From Camelus dromedarius (taxonomy: Eukaryota), in assembly GCF_036321535.1 (NCBI RefSeq), contig NC_087438.1, positions 8,992,001 to 9,056,000 of the forward strand: a stretch of DNA of 64,000 nucleotides. Direction: 5' to 3'. The stretch's first letter is position 1; every line of letters starts with the position of its first letter. Below are positions 51,781-64,000 of this stretch, one piece after another. Below the pieces are notes generated by a model. It was not told the DNA's origin. It saw only the letters and a list, made by a program, of their open reading frames with translations, and made no database searches. The translations under genes were made by a program, and so were the position numbers.

Positions 51781-53158
51781 AGTTCAATTTTTTTATTATA
51801 AATTTAATTTTATTTTTAGAGTATACAAATCAGTATTCATTAAAGAAAACAAAATCCATGCCAGATAGCTTAACAGATAGGATTTAATGGAGCAACTGGT
51901 CGTAAAACTGATAGAAAAGTTAAAAGCCCATATTAAAGAGATAACCCAGAAACTAGTAATAGCAAAATAGAATTGAAAGGAAGAGTGGAGTAGTTGATGC
52001 AACTAGATATGAGGAGAGACTTACAGTGGGGGCTGCCCAATGGGAACCAAGGTTGTAAAGGGAAGAGCTGAAGACATCATCACCCATTGTCCAATCTTCC
52101 CTTTAGTTATGAAGAAACCAAGCTGGCTGGACCTGACCAGAAGCTAGAAAATTTGGGGGAAAGTGTCAACCTTCTGCGAAACAAAACAAAATTAGAAAAA
52201 TTTGGTAAGGAATATAACAGCAATATGACACAAAAACAAAATGTCAGAATATATTTATTATAAGTAAAGACTGATAGACGTATAAAAAAGAAGGCTAAAT
52301 AAAATATTTTATAATTGACTACATTCATGTTTTGGCAATTTTTATTGAAGTATAATGTAATATTCATAAAGTAAATGAATTCTTAAATATACAACCCATT
52401 TCAAGATGTAGATCATTTCTAGCACCATAAAAATTCAAATCAGTATATTTACTAATGAGAAAATTATACTATGTATTCATTTTCATCATTTAACAAATAA
52501 AGATAATATGAAATACAATACAGTTTATTTTAGGTAAATATTTTCACTAAAATATAATGAAATTAATTTGGGAATTACTCTCCCACTCAAAAAAAAAAAA
52601 AAACCCTCATTTGCCAAAACATAACAAGAGAACAGTGCAGTTTAAAATTCATAAATGTAGCAAACTTTGGCAAAAAGAGAGAAGAGGACACACCTGTGAC
52701 TACTGAGTTGTGTGAAAGTTTCATTTCCTGATGTAAAATTCTAAAGCACTTGGCTTTTGTTCAGGCCAAATCCAAACAGCAACACCTGCCAAGTTTCATA
52801 CAAATACCATTTAGTTCCCCAGAGCCTCTTGTCAGGAAATCCACACAACTTTTTGAATTTTCTAGTTAAGTGTGTAGTAAAAGATTTTTACAATGTTTTT
52901 GATGTATTTCCCTGCAAAATTTAAATGAGATACGTTTAAATCTGAAAATTCTTATCATTAGTATTAACCTTTGTTTTTCAGAGAGATTAATGTTCTAAAC
53001 ATTACAAAGATTCTAAAATCTTTCCCCTCTCCTAGTATTTTTTGAAATTTATATGGTAACTCTTCTATAATCATTTTTATCATTTTACAATAGCCTTGTA
53101 ATCAAGAATTCAAAACGTGACACATTATTCAGTATATATGATCATTAAATTTACTTAC

Positions 53159-53286
53159 AATAGTACAGTGGGTTTGTGTTACAATTTATAGCATCAAACC
53201 ATGAAGCTCCCTAACAGGTGGCACATAGCTCTGTTTGATGATGTCTGATCATAAGATTAACTCCTTTGTACATATCAATAAATATG
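53159..53286 (-). pseudogene. Candidate exon
   Basis: Donor TT|gtaagt at 53158; acceptor tttatag at 53287, or an internal ttatgatcag. One frame reads IIKQSYVPP (cf. RGS LMEKDSYPR). Another frame ends phase 1, compatible with the 49239 exon. Confidence 0.35.
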
Positions 53287-53908
53287 CTATAAACTTTTAA
53301 TTTAAGAAATTTTAAGTTCCCCAGAAAAAGCTGAAGGAAGGACAAAAGGAGAAAAGAAGAAATGGATACTTTTATATTTGTGGCATATTTTGAAATGTTT
53401 TGGTAAATGTAACAGGGAAGTGTGACAATTGTAATATCCTAGATGTGCAATCTCACTCCATAGTGCAAGCCTTTTTAAGTTATTTTATTATTAACTGAAG
53501 ATTCCTGTGCATATTTGATCCTGTTACAAAATAAATAATAATTAATGTCAAATTGATGGTTGATTCTATAACCTTATTAATGTTTCTGATGCTTCAACTT
53601 TTACCTTCTAGGTTGCTCTGTAGCCAATTCCTCTTCCCTTATCCTCTAAGGGATCATCAAACTAGTCCCATTTCTAGAATTATGAGAGCAAATATAAATT
53701 CTACTACACAGGAATGGTAACAGAAACTAGAAGGATTCATGTTACTGAAATTCATGTTACTAAAAGATGACAAGTAATATGTTTTCACAAGATTTTTTTT
53801 CTCTAGGTATCTAATGGCAAATAATCTGAACTAACTACATCAAATCCGTCATGGGTTGGATATAGCTCATATAACGTTTGAACAATAACAGTTCAGTTGT
53901 TTACTTAC

Positions 53909-53956
53909 ATATATAAAGGCTTAGATCATGGCATCTTCTAGTCAAGTAGGATTATA
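53909..53956 (-). pseudogene. Candidate exon (YNPT*LEDAMI*AFIY)
   Basis: Acceptor ttcaattttaattttaaag, donor AT|gtaagt. LEDAM..AF resembles the RGS FDEAQ..IY helix. Confidence 0.3.
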
Positions 53957-55139
53957 CTTTAAAATTAAAATTGAACTTAAATGCAATATCTTTCCAATGA
54001 ACTAAAATGATTCAGTCTTTAGAACTTCAAAAATAATGCCAAGAATTTATCTTTTGTTAAAAAAATTTTTTTTCCCAGAAAACATTGATACTTTGCAGGA
54101 AAATTTGGATATAAGAAAATTTTAAAAGGGTCCTATCCCATAAACCCATATAATTTAAATATTCCATGAATGCAAGTGTCACACATTCAAATGTACCACT
54201 TAGTTGATGGCTATGAACAATGACTTTTTATTTAAGGACAAAAAAAAAAAAAAGATTACATAAAGAAATTGCTTTAAATCACAAAAGATCTACTTATTAA
54301 ATATATATTAAAGTAGATTATTTTATTGCATTTAATATATTGTGTAAATAATTTATCAAGAATAAAATAGATGTTTTGTGGACTGACAATGGGATTAGAG
54401 CCTCTTCTATGAAATTGCTTTTGTTAAAACCATAATGTGCAAATATATTAAAATAAAAAGTATAATAGTAAGAGCTTTTTGAATTCACTAAATGTTAAAA
54501 TTTTATTGAAAGTTTTTGCTACTGTTCAATTGAGTTGTTACTTGTTGGCGTTACATTATTGTCTAATACTGATATTAGACCATGAAAGACTAGAAAAATA
54601 CCTGAAAACTAGTATTTTTGAGATCACTTTAAGAATAGAATAAAAAAATAGAGGCAAATCTTTATCTAAGTTTCCTAAATATCAAATATCTAATAATTAA
54701 TGACAGAGCTGGGATCTAATTCCAGCAGTCCATCTCTAAAATCCACATTCTTAACTACTACTGCATCAAAAATGTATATGATATGTAATTTATAGTAAAA
54801 AGTTAATTGTAACTATTTCTGCTTTCCATGCCAGTGGGCTGCAATGAGGTAATTCATTAATTCATATCAGTGTAAAGGAAATTCCCAGACTGATTTTTTC
54901 TAGTTAGAGATTTAATAAGAGGAAAGAAAAGACTTATCTAGTTCTCTCACAATCCTAAATTGTGAATTCCCAAGTGATGAGTATTTGTTTAAACCTAGAG
55001 CTGATTAAGCAGTCAAGACATTAACTTAATTGCATGATGAAGTGTAAGATATGAATATTAAAGATGTTGCCTCGAGAACAGAAGAGCATGAAGAGCAAAT
55101 CAATTAGAGGGAGACGGAGAGACAGACAGACAGAGGATC

Positions 55140-55705
55140 CTACTTGTGATTTAACAATTCTATTCCAGGTATAAACAAAACAGAAATGCATGTAAATGTT
55201 TACTAAAAGATGTGTGTAAGGAAGACCACAGTGGCAGTGTTCATAACATCCAAAACTGTTAAACTACTCAATGCCCATCAATTGTGAAAGATATTAAAAA
55301 TTAAAATACATTAATACACTGGAAAACCATACAGAAATGAAAGACAACGAACACTGCATCAACACCGTGGATAAACCTTACAAAACTAACATGAAGTCAA
55401 TGAAGTCAAAGTCTTCATTTATATACATTTCAAAACCAAGAAAATCTAGTCTGTGTGATTATACACTAGAATCATATTTCTCCTGGGTTGGAGGAGTAGT
55501 AGTAACTGGATTTGACCATAAAGGTAGCTTTCGTGGATCCAACAATGTTCTACTGTTGCCATTGTTGCTTCCCCAGAAAACATCGATACTTTGCAGCATC
55601 AGTGCCGATTCACATGATGATTACACGTTTATTATCATTTTGTAAACATTTCTTACAGCAGCACACTTATGATTTGTTTTTCAAGATTGTTGTACATAAA
55701 TAACA
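55140..55705 (+). mobile_element. L1ME-type 3' end
   Basis: aacaattctattccaggtataaac..agaaatgcatg...tgttcataacatccaaaactg..aatgcccatcaa. Confidence 0.7.
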
Positions 55706-55721
55706 TGTTTATATAAAATTG

Positions 55722-56373
55722 TCATCCAATCAAATATTTCACAAAATTAAAGAGCTGCAAAAGACCACAGGACTGTGATTCTGGAGTGGTGAGAATCACA
55801 GAAAGCTTGAATGATTTCAAGCTTCTTTTTCCTTGGGGTTTTGTCAGTCCTGAAACACTACAAATTGGCACTGTGTCAAGGCAGTTGGTCAGTACTGGTG
55901 TAGAGAAATGAATGGAGTGTTTGGCCTTAATGTCTTCTAAAAATTCATTAATGTTTCCTCTTGGAGATGGAGTCATTTCATCTTCACATATTTTTTGTGA
56001 GTTTATTACTTTGATATACCATCCTGGACATTTCAATGATATTTTCAGATAGTCACTATTGCTGGATGTCCACTGAGTTTTATTTTCCTTTAGATTAATT
56101 TGCATTTTATTCCTGGAAATTTTGTATTAGGGATTTGTAGTTTACTCTTTGGAATGCTTTTTCTTATGGAAAGTATTCTATGCTTTTATAGCTTTTATCT
56201 TTCAAAGTATTTTATTTTCTTGCCAATTCCTATGCTTATTTTCTTTGTTCGTTATTATAGGATTTTAACAAAATTAATTTTTACATATTGTATGCTAACA
56301 CTTTATCATTTTTTAATTGCCTGAATACTTCCCTACCACAAAATTTTACTTTCTTTTGTGATTCACAATCTGT
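55722..56373 (-). pseudogene. Candidate large degraded exon(s)
   Basis: Acceptor ttttccattatgccatttattag|ACA at 56373 reads TDCESQKKVKFCGREVFRQLKNDK... with later stops. The 127-aa ORF at 55722-56105 follows in another frame. No donor defined. Confidence 0.3.
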
Positions 56374-56673
56374 CTAATAAATGGCATAATGGAAAAACAA
56401 TCTCTTAACTCTTTTGGGTATTTCAATTTAAAAAATAATTCTTCTGTATAAATGTCATATCACTATAAAAAATGACATCCAATTCCTTCAAAGTCCTTAA
56501 ATCTCTTTTTATATGATTTCTTTAAATCACTATTATATTCAAGTCTTCATGAGTTGTTTATATTTTTCCAAGAGAAAGGGCATGGAAATTATCAAACATT
56601 TTGCATTGCAATAACTTCATTATAAAAGATTGAAAATATTATTTTGGGTTATATACACTGATTTCAAAGACTC

Positions 56674-56703
56674 GTGTGTGTGTTTGTGTGTGTGTGTGTG
56701 TGT
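56674..56703 (+). repeat. (TG)n microsatellite
   Basis: Direct inspection. Confidence 0.95.
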
Positions 56704-57929
56704 ATTTAAGAATCATTTACTTCTGTGCTTCACTGTGGACAGATTTTGTTTTTTAACCAGAGATTGAAAGTGATTTTCTGCATTTAATACATAACTTTTT
56801 CCTCTTATAAGGTAATTTGCAGTATTATTAATATCTCTGCCTGATGGAATAATGGGGAATTAACATAGAATTATGATTGAGTTCTACATGATTGTATCAC
56901 TGGTATATCTTATAAAAATGATAAGCAATCAAATTTGGCTTCTGACTGAGTACACAATAGGATTCACAATCACATTTCTAAACATCCTCAAAACTGAACA
57001 AAACATTAGAAACTTTCTAAAATCAGACAAGAGGCAGTGGAGTGCTATGACTCTTAAGATATGGGAAGCTATAAAGAGAGCTCCATATTCCCCCAGAGTT
57101 TTGGGCCATGAAATATTTGCATAGTGGCTGAGGAAAGAGAAACCCAAATAAAACTCTGCAATCTTGCTAAGTTGGAGGAGAAGGTACTAAGAAGAGTTCC
57201 AAATATCTGCATAGGTTTGGCCTTGAGCCTTCAGCGTGCATAAGGTGAAATTCTACAAGGAAAGGCTAAGCAAATCCTGAAAAAGAACTGTGAAGCAACT
57301 ATACCGCAAACAATTCCCAGAGCTCACAAATGGCAGCCAAACTTTCAAATCTCCACCAACCAGCATAGGGTAGCTGGGGAGTTAAATACAGCAGCACTCA
57401 GTAGGGATCACTGTGCTTGCAAACTTAGAACAAATATTTCTAGCCCTTCAAAAATAAGATTTCCTTAAAATTGATTCTCTTTCATACTATCTGTACTAGC
57501 TTTTGGATTCAATGTGTAATCTTATATAAAATTTAGGAGAATTATTTTTTATCATTCAGAAAGTTTTACAAAAAAGAGAATTTTTATATCTAGAATTTTG
57601 AAATTATCCTTCCATAAAATTGTCTGCAACTATAAATTTTCAGGGAGTATCTTTTAAAACAAATCTATTTTTAAAAAAATTCTAGTATATGGCCTCAATA
57701 TGTTCACTATAATAATATTAAATAAAATATGAGAACACCCCACATTTATGCTCTCTTCTTCAAAACTTTCTTTCTAAACTATACAAAACATACGGTTTTT
57801 TCAGATGTGTTAACGTGTTCTAAGATTTGACTACACTGTTACAGTACAAATTGCATTTGTATACTCTCTCACTTTAAAAATATTAGCTATTTAAAACAAA
57901 CAAACAAACAAAAACCCAACACAATAACA

Positions 57930-58283
57930 GCAAAACTCAAGCTCATAGAAGTAAAGAATATTTCGGTGGTTGCCTGAGGCAGGGGTGGGGTGTTGGGAGA
58001 TACAAAAAGAGTGAAAATAATCAAGAGATACACACTTCCAGTTATAAAATAAATAAGTTACAAGGATGTCACACACAGCATGGAGACTATAGTTAATAAT
58101 ACTGTGCTGCATATTTGAAAGTTGCTAAAACAGTAAATCTTAAAAGTTCTTATGGTAAGAAAATAAAATCTGTAGCTATGTATGGTGACTGATGAAAACA
58201 GGCTTATTGGGGTGGTCATTCTGAAATATATATAAATATCAAATCATTGTGTCGAACATATGAAATTAACATAATGTTACATG
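57930..58283 (+). mobile_element. L1MA-type 3' end
   Basis: aagctcatagaa..ggtggttgcc...cacttccagttataaaataaataag...gttgctaaaacagtaaatcttaaaagttct...tgtcaattatactgcaataaaa. Confidence 0.9.
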
Positions 58284-58559
58284 TCAATTATACTGCAATA
58301 AAATTTTTAGCTGTTTACTCTCTGGTTTATAATTATAATAAATACATGTATTAAAACACGTGCAAATACATTTGGCAATCACCATTCTTTCTAAATAAAT
58401 CACCAAGTTACATCTTCCAAAAGAGATGATATGTATTAACATAACAAATTCCTTGCACATTTGCTAAGTTCTTGCTTATAACTCTTAAGATAATATTTTT
58501 CTTTTACCTTTGGCTTTCTTTCTAATTCTGCTGTGATGTGTTCTTTTGTTCTTCATTTT

Positions 58560-59990
58560 AATTTGAGAAGTTTTTAAATTACACATAGGAAGAAATTATA
58601 ATAGGCACTCACAAATATTCTATCTAGAATGAAATGCAAATGTTAAGTTTTAATACATTTGGTCAAAACTGTTTATTTTAAAATAAATTACAAACTTTAC
58701 AGGTATTGTTGAATATGTTTTTTAATCCTCCCCAAATCATATTCCTCACTATTCCAAGCTTTCCAAAGCATCACTATTCTTAATTTAGTAGCTTATTTAC
58801 AATTCATGTTGTTAAGTTTTACTCTTTGCAAATAGATCTATTAAGGATGAGTTGGACAGTTTTACTTAAATTTATATTAATATCATTCTTAAAGTATGAT
58901 CTGGCATCTTGTTTCTTGATCAACACTTTGACTTTGAAATCTAGCCAATGTTAAAAGTACAGTCCATACATTTCAACTGTTTCTACAATACACTAAGTTA
59001 TGGCAATGAAATTTATTCACTCATTCTCCTAGTGATGGACTTTTTGGTATTGCTATTTCTGAACTCTGCTACAAAAAGATGTTATAATAAAAATCTTTGA
59101 GTATGTCTCTAATTCATAAAACTTGAGTTGAATTATTCAGCTGTTGGATATACAAAACTAGATTGAATATTGCTCAATTATTTCCAAATTATGTATAACA
59201 AGTCATCCTTGCTCAAGCAATGTATGAATATTGCCATTAACTTATTCAATCCAGAATTGCTCAGTTTTTCCCTCCCATGTCTCCCAAATCTGATAAGTGA
59301 ATGAGTAGTGTATAATACGTATATTTGCATTTGATTATCTGTCAGGATTTGTTAAATGTATTAAGAAGCTTTGCTATCATATGAAAATATGTGTATTGGT
59401 ATGTATTATGAATTGATCCTTAGTCATCTTGAAAATTTGTCTTTATCTATGCTAATGTATGTTATCTCTGAACATCTATTTTGACTGTTTAATGTAACCA
59501 TTAGTGCCTTCTTATGCTCAATTCTTATCCATCATTTTACTTTCATCTTTATTTTTAAAAGGTGTATCCTATAAATTGCTTATAGTAGGTCTTGTTTTAT
59601 TTTAAATCAAATGAAAATCTCTGCCTTGTAATTAGCTCATTCAGTCCATCTATATTTAATTTAGTTGTTATTTGAAGACTTCATATCCAACCTTGCTATT
59701 TTTTTCTCCCTTTTCAATTTATTTGTTATTCTTTGTTTCAAACGTCTTGCTTTATTTTGGGATACTTGTTATTTTCCATATTCCATTAAATTTCCTTTAT
59801 TGGCTTATAGCTGACCTATTGGTTTGTTTGTTTGTTTGTTTATACTTTAGTGACTGCTCTGGGAATATAAAAAATCACCACTAACTTATTATTGTCTATT
59901 TCAGGTTAATGGGTAGCATTTTATGCAACATGTAAGAATGTTGTAGCAGCACAATTTCATTTGCTAGCATTCTGTCTTTTGTAACAGTAT
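58560..59990 (-). mobile_element. Old L1 fragments
   Basis: Antisense L1 words (ttattcactcattctcctagtgatggac; ggtgtatcctataaattgcttatagtaggtcttgtttt). Confidence 0.55.
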
Positions 59991-60099
59991 TTTCTTATAA
60001 TGTTACCTCTATACGTGATAACATACTAATAGTAAAATGTTGTGATTTTTATACATTGTGTTGGCTTGTAAGTAAATCAACAGGTGAATAAAAAAAAAA

Positions 60100-61830
60100 G
60101 ATATTCTTGGACTCTCATTGCCTGCAGAGATGGAGTAATAGAGGCCAGAATTGTGCTTCCAGTTGAAATAACAAACAAACAAATGAAAACCTGGACAAAA
60201 TAAATGTGAACCGTTTTCTACCTCCACAAAACATCAGGCAATAAAGAGCAGTGACCTCTGAGAGATGGGGAACAAATGATGTGAGTCCTAATGTGCTGCA
60301 GCTTAGCTGCCTTGAGACTTTCCAGCCTGCAGCCCTGGAAGGAGAACCTAGATGGAGTCCTGCAGACTCGAGTTGAGGAGCTGAAACTGAGATTCCAAAG
60401 CATCTAGATGTAAGACAGAGCACCAGAGACCTTCTGAGGTAATGTACAGCCCCCACTCCCATGGGTATTCAACAGATTACTGATTGGTCTAATCATGTGA
60501 GGAAGTTCCTGAAAGCATAAAGAGAACAGCATGCTACAGCGCTATACAAGTTCTGGGACACTTCTTGTTTCCACCATCCAGCTTGGAAACTTACTAAATA
60601 ATGAACCATGTGGTAGAGGATTTAGAAGTTTCTAACCTTAGTAGTGGGTAATAATTAAGACCTAGGCCAAAAATTATTCAGCTCTCACCAAACAAATTTT
60701 AAGGACAAGATGAAAAGTGATCAAGTAACTTGAAAGCTAAATGATATCTATTTGAATATATGTATATGCAAACTTATTTAGTATTCAAACAAAATAAAAT
60801 TTATAATATGTGACAACCAATTAAAATGTTAAAGGCATGCTAAGAAACAGGAAAATATGACCATGATGATGGAAAAAAATGAACCTGTTGAAATAGTCCC
60901 AGAAATGACACAGATCTTAGATTAGAAAACAAGGGAAATAGAAAGTATGCTCAAATGTTACATTTAGACATGTTCATTATAAATAAACCAGAATCAAACT
61001 TCTAGAAATTAAAATCACAACGTTTGAGATGAAAAATAAACTGGATAGACTAATGGCAGATTTAACAGCGCAGAAGAAAAGATTAGTGAATAAGAAGACA
61101 CAGCAGGAACTCATAAAACAAGAAATAAGGAAAAAATAATAACTAGAGAATCAGTGAGTGTGGGAAAACTTCATTAAGTGTAATGAAGCATGATTGGCAT
61201 TCCCACGAGGAGGAGGAGGAGAATCATTGGAGAAACAGCAGCTGAAAATGTCCCAAATTTGAATGAAAATGATAAACCCTTAGATCCAAGCACTTCAAAG
61301 AATCTTCAGGACAAGAAGAAGGAAGAGGAAGACAGAGAGAGGGAGGAAATTACACCCAAGGGCAAAATAATAAGATTTTCCAAAACCAGTGATAAAAATA
61401 AAATCTTAAAAGAAGTCAAATATGAAAGACACATAATGTATTAAGAAACAAAAATAAAAATGTCAGTAAATTACTCATCAAAAACAATGCAAGTAAAAAG
61501 AGAAAAGGGAGTGATATCTTTAACACAAGAAAGAAAAAGCAATCTTTCATCTTAGACTTTCTATATCCATCAGAAAGAAAATCTTTTAAAATGAGGACAA
61601 AATAAAAGACTTTTTCAAACTTACAGAACCTGAGGGATTCATCTCCAGCAGGTCTGCAGCGCAAAAAAGCTTGTACTCATTGAAGGCAGCTCTTCAGGCA
61701 GAAGGAAAAGACACCAGATGAATATGGATATTCACAAGGAAATAAAAAGTACAGGAAAGGAGATCTACATGAATAAATATATAAGTATATATTGTAATAT
61801 TTTTATTTTAAAATTTCCTCTTATTTAAGT
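60100..61830 (+). mobile_element. L1 5' UTR/ORF1 region (L1MC/MD-like)
   Basis: ORF 61190-61444 (IGIP...IIGETAAENVPNL...TPKGKIIRFSKTSDKNKILK) is L1 ORF1p-like; aatggcagatttaacagcgcagaagaaaagattagtgaa. Confidence 0.85.
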
Positions 61831-64000
61831 ATCTTTAAAATTCAATTTACTCTTTAAAACAAAATCAATAGCATATATTATTTATTTATGAATCATAAGC
61901 ATTACATCCTTAGGAAAACAGGACGTAAAAATGTAAATTTGTAGAAACACAACACACTTGTTACTCACCTTGAAACATCTTATTGAAGAGATATTTCACT
62001 TTGCAAAGCAATGCCAAATTTTTCTTTAAGTAGAAATTTTTGTTTTAAATTACCTTTAAGGTTTTTTTTTTACAAATAAGAATGCTTAACAATTAGAATA
62101 TCAAAATATGAATCTCCCTAGCTATCAGTAATAAGCAATATATGCAGCCTCTGGAGTTATTCTGAAAGTTGCAATTAAAGCTGTGATTTTCATAAATGTT
62201 TGATAAACATTTTACTGTTCAGAAATTTAACTCAGTTACCAAAACATATATCTGTATTTATCTTTGATTTTACAGTAGAGTATTTTAGTTTCCATCTACT
62301 TTTTTTATGCTTTACAATATTGATAATTATTCTTTCCTTCACTGATTATGCTGTTTCATTATTAAACTATGTGAGCAGTGATTTGCAATTTTTTTTCCTT
62401 TGAGACACTTATTGCCCATATTCCACATAATTCCTCTTTCCTCATCACCGCCCTTATATTTTTTCCCTAAGATAAATCTTATTACATCACTTCTCTCCTT
62501 AAAAATCTCACAAACTTCTTTTTTCAATAACGTTATTGTCTGGTCCCAGTTCAATGAACTGTCACATACAAAGAGCACTGGCAGCACCTGCAGATAGTAG
62601 TGTTCAAAACATGTCAGTCCCTTGAATAACTTTATCCCACAACACTCCACCTCATCTATCATTTACTCCGACTATAGTGAACCCTCACTGTTATCTGAAC
62701 ACAGTTCCAAAGGCATCCTTCTTCACCACGTTATGCCTTTGTACATGTTATGCCCTCTGCTTCAAACACCTGTACTCACCCTTGACCTTTTAATGGTTTC
62801 ACAGTAAAGATCCAGTGTGTTCCTGATGTGGAGCAGTTACTTCCTCCTCTGAATTCTCAGTCCTTTGCTTGAAAAAAGCTAAAGCAGTGGTTTACATGTC
62901 TTGTCATTTGTACATTTTCAACACCCATAAAAGCATTGCATATATTTAGGACTGTGAGTGATTTCTGAAACCATGGCATCAAAATAACATAGAAATGTAT
63001 TTATGGAACTAAATAAACTCTGGTTAGCCTTTAGAAGTAGTTCCAATGGGCTCATTTATAAAATATATTTCTACCCTTTAAATATTGACATCCCTACAGC
63101 TGGCCTTGTAAACAATTCAACTGGCAAGAGAACCAGGTACTATAGGAGAAAAAATGATTTTTAGATGCAATATGATTGTGTGTTAGACTAAGATGACATG
63201 TGGCAGGTATTTAAAAAGTCTTTGCACTGACAATTTACTACAAATTTGAATATCTTACAAATGACTTTGGATAATGTTCTTTCAAAGACAGTTCCCAGAG
63301 TGTGTGCTAGAAACTGTGAGTGGATAATCCTCAACCCAGGTGACACATCGGGACCTGGGGATCTCAAGAGTTACAGGACAGCAAGACATGAAGAGGCGCC
63401 TCAGGTGTGTTTAGATTGTAAACACTTCAGTCGTCTTGAGGAGCACTTTAACCCATCCTTCGCAGAGAGCTGCTAACACACTTAGTGTAACCCTGTGGCC
63501 TATTTTTTGCTTATTGAGAAATGTAATTTCCAGATGTGCTTTTGGTTATGCCAAAATTTTGCAGTCAACATATTTACAGGTGGCACAAAGTACAGAAATG
63601 TGACTGACAATTTGAGTGTCAAACTAAAAGTTTAATCATAATATAGACATTGAACTTAAAAATCACACAGTACTAAAAGCATTATATCAAAAACATCCGT
63701 TTTTTTTTTTGTAATCCACATAACCATGCCCAGCCTGTTTCCAAGAATTAGTGACTTTCACTTCTACATTTTGATCTCTCTATTTTAGGCAATATGTCTA
63801 TGATTTTTCTTCCTTATTGTGGGAGCCCATGATTGGGTTAACACATTGTAACAGACCCCAGCCGCTTATCTCCTTAAAGAAGAGCAAATGTGCTTAGTAA
63901 CCGACTTGCTTGCATAGTTGAGGTTTTAGCAACGACCCAGGCCCTCAGCTGTAAACGCTGGGCGTGCCTGCTGTTAGATAGTCTTCTATCCCCAAAACAG

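Larger units (their letters stand above)
5099..56373 (-). pseudogene. Candidate decayed multi-exon gene encoding tandem RGS-like domains (overall span; ends uncertain)
   Basis: Series of splice-bounded minus-strand segments lying in non-repeat DNA. Several chain in phase and translate to RGS-like motifs with in-frame stops. Individual exons are listed below. The family call is inference from recalled RGS sequences. Confidence 0.55.

Noticed and set aside
6480..56105. Scattered resemblance of some candidate peptides to an axonemal dynein heavy chain (DNAH6-like) N-terminus
   Set aside because: Spacing is impossible (about 300 aa would have to fit in ~3 kb of repeat DNA) and no motor-domain motifs were found. 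It shows how easily by-eye matches arise, so the RGS call also needs computation.
5099..56373. Calling the locus RGS22 or RGSL1 itself
   Set aside because: The peptides lack orthologue-level identity to the sequences I recall and contain many stops, so no gene symbol is assigned.
25218..61444. ORFs at 25218, 44973 and 61190 as host genes
   Set aside because: They are fragments of L1 ORF2p/ORF1p.

Overview
AT-rich mammalian genomic DNA, most likely camelid (camel/alpaca), judged from a camelid-type tRNA-derived SINE at ~21.85-21.95 kb and a camelid-type L1 3' end at ~33.2 kb. No intact protein-coding gene, RNA gene or CRISPR array is recognisable. A large part of the window is interspersed repeat: L1 of several ages, L2, MIR, CR1/L3, MER20/MER3/MER5, Tigger1, LTR16, MLT2 and ERV1-type LTRs. 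The notable signal is in the unique sequence between the repeats. On the minus strand I found about 19 segments with splice-like ends (AG acceptors, most also with GT donors), from ~56.4 kb down to ~5.1 kb. Several join in compatible phases. Their translations repeatedly show RGS-box (regulator of G-protein signalling, PF00615) residue patterns but carry scattered stops and frameshifts. The best reading is a decayed, intron-containing gene encoding several tandem RGS domains (RGS22/RGSL1-like architecture, but not recognisably either orthologue), i.e. a candidate unitary pseudogene or spliced lncRNA relic. This was read by eye against RGS sequences recalled from memory and needs an HMM/tBLASTn test.
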